A DNA stretch of 64,000 nt from Pseudomonadota bacterium (lineage in GTDB: Bacteria; Myxococcota_A; UBA9042; GCA-2863065). The stretch spans positions 142-64,141 of the forward strand of contig SXOX01000276.1 of NCBI GenBank assembly GCA_005776585.1, given 5' to 3'. Under the pieces are notes generated by a model. It saw nothing but the letters and a program-made list of their open reading frames with translations, did no database searches and had not been told where the DNA came from. Made by a program: the position numbers and the translations under genes. How positions within the stretch are numbered: the stretch's first letter is position 1; every line of letters starts with the position of its first letter. Below, piece after piece: positions 33,526 through 45,000 of this stretch.

Positions 33526-35004
33526 ATGAAGAACATCAATTGGAGTGCAATCGCAGTGGTGGTCGCGGTGAGCGGCGTCGGTATCTCGTGTGGCGTCGAG
33601 GCGGACCTAGAGGCGGGCCTCGTGGCGGAGCTCGACCAGCGCCAGGGCGCGGCGGTCGTCCTTGCGCCGGCGCGGGTCGACGTGGGCACGGCGCACGCGT
33701 GCGCAGTTCACAACGGCGCGGTGACGTGCGCCGGCGATCACTCGCTCGGCCAGCTCGGAATCGGCTTCTACCTCGTCGGCCTCGCTCCACCGGGTTGCCT
33801 CAACGGCCCCGCGGGGCTCGAGTGTAGCACTCCGCAGGCCGTGCCGGGTCTGGGTACCGGCGTCGTCGGCGTGGCCTCCGGTGCCGCGTTCTCGTGCGCG
33901 TTGCGGTCGACCGGGCGCGTCGCGTGTTGGGGCTCGAACCTGTACGGCCAGTTGGGCTTCGGAACCGGCGCGCCAGCCGGCTGTACCAACACAGGCAACC
34001 CCATGCTCGGCGTCTACTGCGGAAGCCCGCAGACCGTCGCTGGTCTCACCGACGCCGTCGAGATCGCCGCCGGCGACTTCTCGATGTGCGCACGCCGCGC
34101 CGGCGGCATGGTCGCGTGTTGGGGGCTCAACCTGCACGGTCAGCTCGGCATTGGGACGACCCAGCCTGCCAACTGCACGGGAGGCACGGCGCAGGGCCTC
34201 GCGATGCAGTGCTGGAAGCCGGTCGCGGTGCCCGGCCTCACGAGCGTCAAGTCGCTCTCCGTCGGCTCGTTCCACGGCTGTGTGACCCGCACCGACGGCG
34301 GCGCGCGCTGCTGGGGGATCAATGGCAGCGGCGAGCTCGGGATCGGCGCGACGTTGCCGGCAGGGTGTCAGGACCTCGACGGTGACGGGCTCGCCTCGCT
34401 CTGCCCGTCGCCCCAGGTCGTCAGCGGGCTCACGGGCGCGACACATATCGCCGCTGGCGGCGCGCACACGTGCGCTCGGCGCACCAACGGAACGGTCGCT
34501 TGCTTCGGCAGCCACGTCTTCGGTCAGCTCGGGATTGGAGCCGCCGCCGCGCCCGGCTGCAGCGAGATCGGCAATGGTAACGGAGTCATGGACCTCTGCC
34601 GATTGCCGGTCACCGTGCCAGGGCTCACCGACGTCCAGAGCCTCTCGGCGGGCTGGCTTCGGACATATGTCACCAAGTCGAATGGCACGACCTTGGGTTT
34701 CGGCAGCGACGACCGCCGCGCGTTGGGCCTGGGGACGACACCCCCGCCCTCGTGCACCGGCAGCGGCGCGATGCTGATGTGCGCGTCACCCGTCGCGATC
34801 GCCGGCCTGTCGTCGCCCGTGTCCACCGTCTCGACCAACGAGGGCGCCTCGTGCGCGGCAATGCAGTCTGGCAACGTCCGCTGCTGGGGCAGCAACTGGT
34901 ATGGCCTGATGGGCTTCGGACAGACCGTGCCGGGCGGGTGCGTCGACTCCAATGGGGACGGTCGCGCGGACGTCTGTCCGATGGCGGTCGCCTCCGGGCT
35001 GTAG
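33526..35004 (+). CDS. RCC1-repeat (alpha-tubulin suppressor-like) lipoprotein
   Basis: 492 aa from ATG 33526 (GGGAGGA 6 nt upstream). Lipobox GISCG. Repeats CWGSNLYGQLGFG, CWGLNLHGQLGIG, CWGINGSGELGIG, CFGSHVFGQLGIG, GFGSDDRRALGLG, CWGSNWYGLMGFG. Confidence 0.85.
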   Translation: MKNINWSAIAVVVAVSGVGISCGVEADLEAGLVAELDQRQGAAVVLAPARVDVGTAHACAVHNGAVTCAGDHSLGQLGIGFYLVGLAPPGCLNGPAGLECSTPQAVPGLGTGVVGVASGAAFSCALRSTGRVACWGSNLYGQLGFGTGAPAGCTNTGNPMLGVYCGSPQTVAGLTDAVEIAAGDFSMCARRAGGMVACWGLNLHGQLGIGTTQPANCTGGTAQGLAMQCWKPVAVPGLTSVKSLSVGSFHGCVTRTDGGARCWGINGSGELGIGATLPAGCQDLDGDGLASLCPSPQVVSGLTGATHIAAGGAHTCARRTNGTVACFGSHVFGQLGIGAAAAPGCSEIGNGNGVMDLCRLPVTVPGLTDVQSLSAGWLRTYVTKSNGTTLGFGSDDRRALGLGTTPPPSCTGSGAMLMCASPVAIAGLSSPVSTVSTNEGASCAAMQSGNVRCWGSNWYGLMGFGQTVPGGCVDSNGDGRADVCPMAVASGL

Positions 35005-35054
35005 TCGGTCCGTAGCTTGACCCCTCACGCCGACCGGGGCATCGTCCATCGCGT

Positions 35055-37704
<2,650 letters not shown>

Positions 37705-37712
<8 letters not shown>

Positions 37713-38688
37713 CGGTACGGTCAACGCGCACACGCACCTCTACAGCGCGCTCGCGCCGTACGGGATGCCGGCCCCAGTGCCACCGCCCGAGAGCTTCGTC
37801 CAGATCCTGGAGCGCATCTGGTGGCGGCTCGACCGCGCGCTCGATGCGGAGAGCCTGGCGGTCTCGGCCCGACTCTACGCCGCGGAGTCGTTGGCACTGG
37901 GGACCACGACGGTGTTCGATCACCACGAGTCGCCGAATCTCATCGAGGGCTCGCTCGACCTCCTCGCCGATGCGTGCGCTGACGTCGGCTTGGAGGCGGT
38001 GCTGTGCTACGGAGTGACCGAGCGCAACTTCGGGCACGACGAGGCGCGGCGCGGCCTGCGTGAGGGGCTCCGGTTTCTCGACGCCAACACGCGACCGCTG
38101 GTGCGCGGTGTGCTCGGGATTCACGCGTCTTTTACGGTGTCTGACGAGACGCTACGCGAGGTCGGCGCCGCGGCACGGGCGGCTGGCGTGCCTGTGCACG
38201 TCCACCTCGCCGAGGACCAGGCCGACGTCACCGACGCACGCGCTCGCGGATATGCGGGTCCGCTCGAGCGACTGCTCGCGCTGGATGCGCTCACTCCAGG
38301 CTCGATCCTCGCGCATGGCGTGCACCTCTCGCCAGAGCAGGTGCGCCGAGCACACGACGCCGGCTGTTGGCTCGTGAACAACCCGCGCTCCAACGCCAAC
38401 AACCGCGTCGGTTGCGCCCAGTCGCTGGCCGCCTCCGGCCGCGTCGCCCTGGGGACCGATGGCTTTCCTGCCGACATGTTGGCCGAGCGCGACGCCGCGG
38501 TGGCCCACGCCGGGTGCGACGCAACGACGGCGCAGGCTCGCTTGGACGCCGGTCTCACGCTTCGCGCCGCGTTCTTCGGCCCTGACCGGCCGCCTCGCGC
38601 GTCACCCGAAACCGCCGTCCTCGAATCACTTCGCGCAGACGCCCGCCGTGTGGCGCCGCGCCTCTTTGAACGTATGAAGGCACTCTAG
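37705..38688 (+). CDS. amidohydrolase, SsnA-like, TIM-barrel only
   Basis: 327 aa. The GTG start overlaps the upstream stop by 8 nt. HxH at residues 9-11 (NAHTHLYS). [18 protein letters not shown] resembles the SsnA segment as I recall it. Also [23 protein letters not shown]. Confidence 0.75.
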
Positions 38689-38698
38689 GAGCAGCACC

Positions 38699-40195
38699 AT
38701 GGCACGCCTCGGCCTCGAAACGAGCATCGTCGACCCGTCCGTCTACCAGAACTCCGTCGCGCGCTTCCGTCAGGCCGGCGTGCGGCTGCCCACCTTCGCT
38801 GAGCTGGCCGAGCCCGCGCGCATCCCGTCGGCCATCACGGACGCGCTGGCCTCCGTGGACCCCGATACGCCGCATCCGGCCAACCTCTTTCGCGTCAACT
38901 GGTTCAACGACGCCTCCCGCCGCGGGCGCTCCGCCGTGCCAGGCTACCTGGAGCTGCCGTCGTCGCTCACGGGCGTCGAGGCGCGCATCCTGGTCGCCAT
39001 CGGCTCCCGCTTCCCCCTGATCGCGGCCCACAAGGTGCTCGCCGCGTACGGCTGCCTCGTGCCGCGGATCGTCACGGGCCAGTTCGACCCGACGGCGCAC
39101 AAGGCGTTGTGGCCATCGACCGGCAACTACTGCCGCGGTGGCGTAGCCATCTCGCGCATCTTGGGCTGCCGCGGCGTGGCCATCCTGCCGGAGGGCATGA
39201 GCGCCGAGCGGTTCCGTTGGCTCGACGCGTGGGTCACCGATCCGAGCGACATCGTGCGGACGCCGGGGACCGAGAGCAACGTCAAGGAGATCTACGACAC
39301 CTGCGCCGCCCTCGATCGCGATCCAAAAAACGTGATCTTCAATCAGTTCTGCGAGTTCGGAAACTACCTCGTGCACGCGACCTGCACCGGGCCCGCCCTC
39401 TCGGCCATCTACGAGGACGCCCGCGTGCGTCACCCGGGGCTGCGGTTGGCGGCGTTTACCTCGGCGACCGGCTCGGCCGGGACCATCGCTGCCGGTGACC
39501 ATCTCAAGTCCCAGCACGGGACCCGGATCGTCGCGGTCGAGGCCACGGAGTGCCCCACGTTGCTCTACAACGGCTTCGGCGAGCACAACATCCAGGGCCT
39601 CGGCGACAAGCATGTGCCCTACATACACAACGTCATGAACACCGCCCTCGTCGTGGGCATCTCCGACCACGCGACCGACGGGCTGGGCTTCCTCGCGGGG
39701 CACGCCGCCGGGCGAGAGTACCTCGTGCGGCGACGGGGTGTTTCGGCCGAGGTCGTCGAGAGCCTCTCGGCGCTCGGCCTCTCCGGATGGTGCAACGTGC
39801 TAGCGGCCATCAAGACGGCGAAGTACCTTCGCCTCGGCAAGGACGACGCCATCGTCACGGTCGCGACCGACTCGGCGGCGATGTACGGCTCCGAGCGCGA
39901 CAAGGCGGCCAACCGGTACTTCGCGTCCGGCTTCGACGCCGTCACCGCCGGAGAGGTCTTTGGCCAGCACCTGCTCGGCCAAGGCACCGACGACCTGCTC
40001 GAGCTGTCCGCGCGCGACAAGGACCGCATCTTCAACCTCGGCTACTTCACTTGGGTCGAGCAGCAGGGGGTCAGCGTCCACGACTTCGAGTCTCGCCGGA
40101 GCCAGAGCTTCTGGACCGGACTGCGTGCGCTGGTCCCTGCGTGGGACGCGATGATCGCGCAGTTCAACGCCGAGACGGGGGTGACGGGCGCGTGA
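38699..40195 (+). CDS. fold-type-II PLP-dependent enzyme, long form (resembles the OrtB-type PLP-dependent lyase/thiolase family)
   Basis: 498 aa. Candidate PLP-lysine in [16 protein letters not shown], plus [11 protein letters not shown] and [10 protein letters not shown] (glycine loop). The family assignment is from memory and was not searched. Confidence 0.6.
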   Translation: MARLGLETSIVDPSVYQNSVARFRQAGVRLPTFAELAEPARIPSAITDALASVDPDTPHPANLFRVNWFNDASRRGRSAVPGYLELPSSLTGVEARILVAIGSRFPLIAAHKVLAAYGCLVPRIVTGQFDPTAHKALWPSTGNYCRGGVAISRILGCRGVAILPEGMSAERFRWLDAWVTDPSDIVRTPGTESNVKEIYDTCAALDRDPKNVIFNQFCEFGNYLVHATCTGPALSAIYEDARVRHPGLRLAAFTSATGSAGTIAAGDHLKSQHGTRIVAVEATECPTLLYNGFGEHNIQGLGDKHVPYIHNVMNTALVVGISDHATDGLGFLAGHAAGREYLVRRRGVSAEVVESLSALGLSGWCNVLAAIKTAKYLRLGKDDAIVTVATDSAAMYGSERDKAANRYFASGFDAVTAGEVFGQHLLGQGTDDLLELSARDKDRIFNLGYFTWVEQQGVSVHDFESRRSQSFWTGLRALVPAWDAMIAQFNAETGVTGA

Positions 40196-41472
40196 GCCAA
40201 GTCGCGCGGCAGGTGTGTGGCGGCTGCGGGGCCATCGTTCCGCTGGAGGCCGGGCTCGTCTTCCGCTGCCCGAACGCCGACACCGACGCGGGAGAGCACG
40301 TCCTGCGTCGGGTCGTCCCGTTGCCGACCGATCTGGGCGATCCCGGGGAGCTCAACCCCTTCGTCCGTTTTCGTCGTCGGCTTCTGGCCTGGCATCGGGC
40401 GCACCAGGCCGGCTGGAGCGATGCGCGTTTTGTGGCCCTCGTCGAACAGCTCGACGCGGCGGTCGCGGCGGTGGACGGCACCGGATTTCGCTTCACGCCG
40501 CTCGGGCGCTTTCCTGCGCTCGACGCGGCTACCGGCGTAGCCACCTGGGTCAAGGACGACACGCGCAACGTGAGCGGCTCGCACAAGGCGCGCCATCTGT
40601 TCGGTGTTCTGCTGGAGCTGGAGGTCGCCCATGCGCTGGGCCTTGGGCCGGAGCGCCAGACCCCGTTGGCCATCGCGAGCTGCGGGAACGCCGCGCTCGC
40701 CGGAGCGGTCGTAGCACGCGCGGCCGAGCGACCGATCCGGGTCTTCATCCCGACAGACGCCAACCCGAAGGTCGTTGCCCGGTTGCGCTCGCTCGGCGCC
40801 GAGGTCGTCGTCTGTGAGCGCAGGACCGGCGAAGTCGGCGACCCGTGCTATCTCCGCTTCCGCGAGGCCGTCGACCGCGGCGCGCTCCCGTTCTGCTGCC
40901 AGGGCCCCGACAACGGGCTGTGCATCCAGGGTGGCGAGACGCTCGCCTGGGAGCTGCTGGCCGGACTCGACGCGCGCCAGGTCGCGCTCGATGCCCTGTA
41001 CGTGCAGGTGGGCGGTGGTGCGCTGGGCAGCGCCATGGTTTCGGCGTGGACTGACGCCGTTCAAGCTGGGCTCGTCTCGCGGCTGCCGCGCTTCCGGATG
41101 GTTCAGACGGAGGCGGTAGCGCCCCTCGAGCATGCCTGGCGGCGCATCACCGCGGAGCCCCTCGGGCTGCGACGCGCCCGCGCGCATCGGGCCCAGGTCA
41201 TGTCTCCCTGGAGCGAGCCCGGTCACAGCGCCGCGCACGGCATCCTCGATGACGAGACCTACGACTGGCTCGCGCTCGTCGAGGGCATGTTGGCTTCCGG
41301 CGGCGCCCCGGTCGTGGTCGACGAGGTCACCGTGCTTGCGGCCGCTGAGCTCGGCCCGCGCGCGACCGGGATATCGGTCGACCCCACCGGTACCTCCGGC
41401 CTCGCCGGGCTCCTCGCAGCGCGCCCCCTCGGTGGCGAGGTCGGCGTGCTCTTCACGGGAGGCCTCCGATGA
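40192..41472 (+). CDS. fold-type-II PLP-dependent enzyme, threonine-synthase-like
   Basis: 426 aa with a GTGA overlap with the upstream stop. PLP-lysine motif [10 protein letters not shown], plus [11 protein letters not shown] and [10 protein letters not shown]. Confidence 0.75.
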   Translation: MSQVARQVCGGCGAIVPLEAGLVFRCPNADTDAGEHVLRRVVPLPTDLGDPGELNPFVRFRRRLLAWHRAHQAGWSDARFVALVEQLDAAVAAVDGTGFRFTPLGRFPALDAATGVATWVKDDTRNVSGSHKARHLFGVLLELEVAHALGLGPERQTPLAIASCGNAALAGAVVARAAERPIRVFIPTDANPKVVARLRSLGAEVVVCERRTGEVGDPCYLRFREAVDRGALPFCCQGPDNGLCIQGGETLAWELLAGLDARQVALDALYVQVGGGALGSAMVSAWTDAVQAGLVSRLPRFRMVQTEAVAPLEHAWRRITAEPLGLRRARAHRAQVMSPWSEPGHSAAHGILDDETYDWLALVEGMLASGGAPVVVDEVTVLAAAELGPRATGISVDPTGTSGLAGLLAARPLGGEVGVLFTGGLR

Positions 41473-42416
41473 GTGTGGTGACCATCGCCATGACCGAGAC
41501 GTGCAACGTGTTCCCCGACATGCCGGCGCGCGTCGCGGACCTGGGCGTGCTCACCGGCAAGCTCGACGCGTTGCGTGACGCCAACCTCCGCCACCACGCG
41601 GAGCTCATCGGGCTCGCGGCAGGGCAGGGCGCCGCGATCGTCGGCCTGGGCGAGCTGTTCGCCGCGCCGTATTTCGCGCTCGACCACTACCCGCAGTTTC
41701 TCGCCCTTGCGGAGGACGCCGCGACCGGGCCCAGCGTTCAGGCGATGGCGCACGCGGCACGAACGCACGGAGTCGTCGTCATTGCGCCCATCTACGAGCT
41801 GAATCCTATCACCGGCCGGCGCTTCAACACGGCGGTCGTCCTCGATCGCGATGGCTCCGTGCTCGGCAAGTACCGGAAAACGCACATCCCGCAGGGCACC
41901 AACGACAAGGGGAGCTTCCACGAGACGCGGTACTACCAGTCGAGCGACGGTCAGCTCGGGCCCATGCCCAAAAACCGCTCGCAGAACCCGTACTTCCCCG
42001 TCTTCGAGACCCACCTGGGCCGGCTCGGCGTCGCCATCTGCTATGACCGCCACTTTGACGGCGTGATGTATTCGCTTGCGGCCAACGGCGCCGAGATCGT
42101 CTTCTGCCCCGCCGTGACGTTCGGGACCAAGTCCCAGCGCGTCTGGCATCAGGAGTTCTTCGTCGACGCCGTGCGCCATAACCTGTTCATCGCGGGCTCC
42201 AACCGCAAAGGAACCGAGCCACCGTGGAGTATCACGTACTTCGGCGAGAGCTACGTCTGCGGACCCAACGGCCTCGTGCCCAACCGCAGCACGCACTCGG
42301 AGCTGGTCCTGTGCGACCTCGACCTCGCCGAGCTACGCTCGCCCGATCCGTCCGGTTGGAATCTCCCGCGCGACCTACGGCCGGACATCTACTCTCCGCG
42401 GCCCGCGCGGTCGTGA
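41469..42416 (+). CDS. carbon-nitrogen hydrolase (nitrilase superfamily; decarbamoylase/beta-ureidopropionase-like)
   Basis: 315 aa with an ATGA overlap. E-K-C triad contexts [29 protein letters not shown]. Confidence 0.85.
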   Translation: MSVVTIAMTETCNVFPDMPARVADLGVLTGKLDALRDANLRHHAELIGLAAGQGAAIVGLGELFAAPYFALDHYPQFLALAEDAATGPSVQAMAHAARTHGVVVIAPIYELNPITGRRFNTAVVLDRDGSVLGKYRKTHIPQGTNDKGSFHETRYYQSSDGQLGPMPKNRSQNPYFPVFETHLGRLGVAICYDRHFDGVMYSLAANGAEIVFCPAVTFGTKSQRVWHQEFFVDAVRHNLFIAGSNRKGTEPPWSITYFGESYVCGPNGLVPNRSTHSELVLCDLDLAELRSPDPSGWNLPRDLRPDIYSPRPARS

Positions 42417-42420
42417 ACCC

Positions 42421-42451
42421 TTGCGTGTCGCTCCACGGCGACCCTTAGTTG
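42421..42451 (+). promoter_or_regulatory. candidate promoter TTGCGT-N18/19-TTAGTTG upstream of the HEPN gene
   Basis: Lies in the 42-nt gap between the C-N hydrolase stop and ATG 42459. Confidence 0.3.
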
Positions 42452-42458
42452 GATCTCC

Positions 42459-42878
42459 ATGCTGGACGTCTCCGCGTTCACCAGTGCCTGCCGTCAGCTC
42501 CAGACGAGCCTGGCCTACCTCAGCTCGGATGCGGCGCTCGCAGACCCGGAGCTGCGCAAGCAGTTTCGTGGAGCGAGCATCCTGGCATTCGAGTTCACAC
42601 ACGAGCTCGCCTCCAAGATGCTCCTCCGCCGCCACGTCGCGACGCTGCTCCCCAATCCAGCAGAGGCCGCGGGGCTGTCGCACATGGATCTGCTGCGAGC
42701 GGCATCCTCGGCCGGCCTTCCCTTGGACCCCACAGCGTGGCGTCGTTACCGGGAGCTTCGAAACCCGACCAGCCACACCTACGACGGCGAGCGCGCGGAG
42801 GAACTCGTGGCGATGCTACCTGACTTCCTGGTCGCCGCGTCGCAGTTGGCGGCCGCGCTGAGGGCCGCTCATGGGTGA
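42459..42878 (+). CDS. hepT: HEPN-domain protein (HI0074-type nucleotidyltransferase substrate-binding protein; HepT-like toxin)
   Basis: 139 aa, all-helical, with the R-x4-H motif in YRELRNPTSHTYD. Overlaps the following MNT gene by 8 nt. Confidence 0.75.
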   Translation: MLDVSAFTSACRQLQTSLAYLSSDAALADPELRKQFRGASILAFEFTHELASKMLLRRHVATLLPNPAEAAGLSHMDLLRAASSAGLPLDPTAWRRYRELRNPTSHTYDGERAEELVAMLPDFLVAASQLAAALRAAHG

Positions 42879-43206
42879 GCTCGGGTTGACGACGGTGCAG
42901 CGCCGCGAGCTCGAGGCCATCCTGGCCACTCAGGTACCCGAGGCGCGCGTCGTCGCGTTCGGCTCCCGCGCGCGGGGCGACCATCGGCTGGGCTCCGATC
43001 TGGACCTGCTGCTCGAGGCCCAGGGGCGTGTGCCCTTGCAACGGCTGCTTGACCTCCACGCCGCGCTGGGCGAGAGCGCCTTGCCGTTTCGAGTCGATGT
43101 GGTCGACGGAAATGCGGCCGCCCCGGCGTTCGTGGCCGCCATCCGCGGCGGGTCGACGGTGATTCTGCGGGAGGCACCGGGAGCGTGGCGCCCTACTTCT
43201 TCGTGA
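42871..43206 (+). CDS. mntA: minimal nucleotidyltransferase (MNT; MntA-like antitoxin)
   Basis: 111 aa. Motif GSRARGDHRLGSDLDLLL (G-S-x9-11-D-x-D). Confidence 0.8.
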   Translation: MGELGLTTVQRRELEAILATQVPEARVVAFGSRARGDHRLGSDLDLLLEAQGRVPLQRLLDLHAALGESALPFRVDVVDGNAAAPAFVAAIRGGSTVILREAPGAWRPTSS

Positions 43207-43846
43207 TCGTGAGCTTGTAGGCCCCAGCCTTGACCTTGCCCCAGTACGGCGTGCTCACCCAGATGAGCACGGTCTGGTTGGCCTTGAGCTCGAGGGGGTA
43301 GTCCGCGTCGTTGTGGTTGTAGACCCCGTCGATCTCGCCGATCGTCCCGGCCTTCGGGCACTGGTCCACCGTGTTGTAGAGGTGCTTCTTGCTCGTGCCG
43401 GTGTAGGCCTCGGCGGACGCACCGAGGGACTCGACGTCGGTCTCGAGCGTCAGCACGTACTGGCCATCGGCCGGTGCGGTGAAGGCGATGGAGTCGTCGG
43501 GCGTCTCCTTCCACTCGAGGCGGGGCGAGGTGACCCAGTTGGGCAGTCCCACCGTCGTGCCCTCGTAGACGGCCGGGAGTGAGGGGCCCAGCGTGACGTG
43601 CGGGCAGGTGCTCGTGTTGGCGGCTGTGTCCGGAACGACCTTCCCCGGGTCGACCCCGACGGGGATGTCGGACCCCGTGGCTGCGTCTGAGCCCCCAGGT
43701 ACGTCGGTCAATGCGACGTCTCCGATTGCGCTTGGCGTGTCCTTGCCGGCCCCCGCGTCCGCAGAGCCGGAGCCTCCGGCGGTCGAACAGCCGGTTAGTG
43801 CCATTGGGACAGCGAACGACAACATCAGCGAGAGCAAGGTGCGCAT
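43193..43846 (-). CDS. hypothetical lipoprotein (beta-sandwich-like)
   Basis: 217 aa with lipobox ALTGC and a Gly/Asp/Ala-rich linker. No catalytic motif recognised. Confidence 0.65.
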   Translation of the reverse strand: MRTLLSLMLSFAVPMALTGCSTAGGSGSADAGAGKDTPSAIGDVALTDVPGGSDAATGSDIPVGVDPGKVVPDTAANTSTCPHVTLGPSLPAVYEGTTVGLPNWVTSPRLEWKETPDDSIAFTAPADGQYVLTLETDVESLGASAEAYTGTSKKHLYNTVDQCPKAGTIGEIDGVYNHNDADYPLELKANQTVLIWVSTPYWGKVKAGAYKLTITKK

Positions 43847-43909
43847 GGCGCTCCCTTAGCGCGACCGCTACTGCCCAGCAAGCGGCATCGTCGGCGTGCT
43901 CCCGGGTCG

Positions 43910-43940
43910 TTATACTAGCTTCGCTCATCTGCTAGTATAA
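43910..43940. promoter_or_regulatory. perfect inverted repeat TTATACTAGC-N11-GCTAGTATAA (operator/promoter candidate)
   Basis: Arms at 43910-43919 and 43931-43940, ending 4 nt before ATG 43945. Each arm contains a -10-like hexamer (TATACT; TAGTAT/TATAAG). Lies in the 98-nt divergent intergenic region. Confidence 0.55.
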
Positions 43941-43944
43941 GAGC

Positions 43945-45000
43945 ATGTCCCCCTACGTCGACCTCCCGCTCTCCGCCCAAACGGCCTACGCGCAGCTCTT
44001 CGAGGCCGCGCTGGCCGCGAATCTCCACCGAACGGTCGCCGACCTGCGCGGCTCGTTCGCCCGCAAGCGGGTCAGCGGTCACGAGTACTGGTATTTTCAG
44101 TTCACCGGACTCGAGGGCAAGCTCAAGCAGGTCTACCTGGGCCCGGCCACGCCCCAGCTCGAGGCGCTCATTGCCGTGCGCCCGTCGGCGCGTCGAGCCG
44201 ATCCCCTGACGGCATTGGCGCGCTCGGCACAGGTGCTCGGCATGGCGCCCATGGTGCCGCGGCAGTTTCGTGTCCTGAGGCGGCTTGCGGACTATGGCTT
44301 CTTTGATGCCGGCAGTGTGCTGGTCGGCACGCACGCTTTCTTGGCCGCAGGCAACGCCTTGGGCGTGCGGTGGGCGACACCCGCGCGGACCGACGATCTC
44401 GACTTTGAACACGCAGGCAAGAATCTCTCTCTTGCTCTTCCATCGACCGTCGCGGTGGACACACCCGCCGCCATCGCTTCACTCGAGCTTGGACTGCTAC
44501 CTGCCCGCTCTCTGTCTGGTGCTCCTGGTCCGATGTACCTGAATCCCAAGGAACCGGAGTTCCGGCTCGACTTTCTCACGCCGCTCAGCCGGCGCAATGA
44601 CGCCGAGATCGTGCACCCCCGTCTGGGGGTCGCCCTTCAGCCGCTCAAATTCTTGGAGTTCGTGCTCGAGGACGTCACCCAGGTGGTGCTCTTTTGTGCC
44701 GAGGGCGCTGTCATTGCCTCGATTCCGAGCCCGGCGCGCTACGCACTACACAAGTTGCTGGTATACGGAGAACGCAGCGTGGCCTTTCGTACCAAGGCCA
44801 CGAAGGACCTGGTTCAGGCCGCCGCGCTGCTCTCGCTCATGAAGCGCGACCGCCCGGGCGACGTCGAGTCGGCCTGGCGCGATCTCGTGCGGCGAGGATC
44901 GGGCTGGCGACGGCGCGTTCGCGAGTCGTTGAGCGCGTTGGAGCGTGTCGCTCCGGAGCTCGACGCGACCGCATGGCTTTCGCAGCTTGCCCCGGTCTAA
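43945..45000 (+). CDS. GSU2403-family-like nucleotidyltransferase-fold protein
   Basis: 351 aa. N-terminal KRVSGHEYWYFQF...KQVYLGP, then VGTHAFLAAGNALGVRW...TDDLDFE (NTase-like G...D-x-D). The family name is from memory. Confidence 0.5.
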   Translation: MSPYVDLPLSAQTAYAQLFEAALAANLHRTVADLRGSFARKRVSGHEYWYFQFTGLEGKLKQVYLGPATPQLEALIAVRPSARRADPLTALARSAQVLGMAPMVPRQFRVLRRLADYGFFDAGSVLVGTHAFLAAGNALGVRWATPARTDDLDFEHAGKNLSLALPSTVAVDTPAAIASLELGLLPARSLSGAPGPMYLNPKEPEFRLDFLTPLSRRNDAEIVHPRLGVALQPLKFLEFVLEDVTQVVLFCAEGAVIASIPSPARYALHKLLVYGERSVAFRTKATKDLVQAAALLSLMKRDRPGDVESAWRDLVRRGSGWRRRVRESLSALERVAPELDATAWLSQLAPV

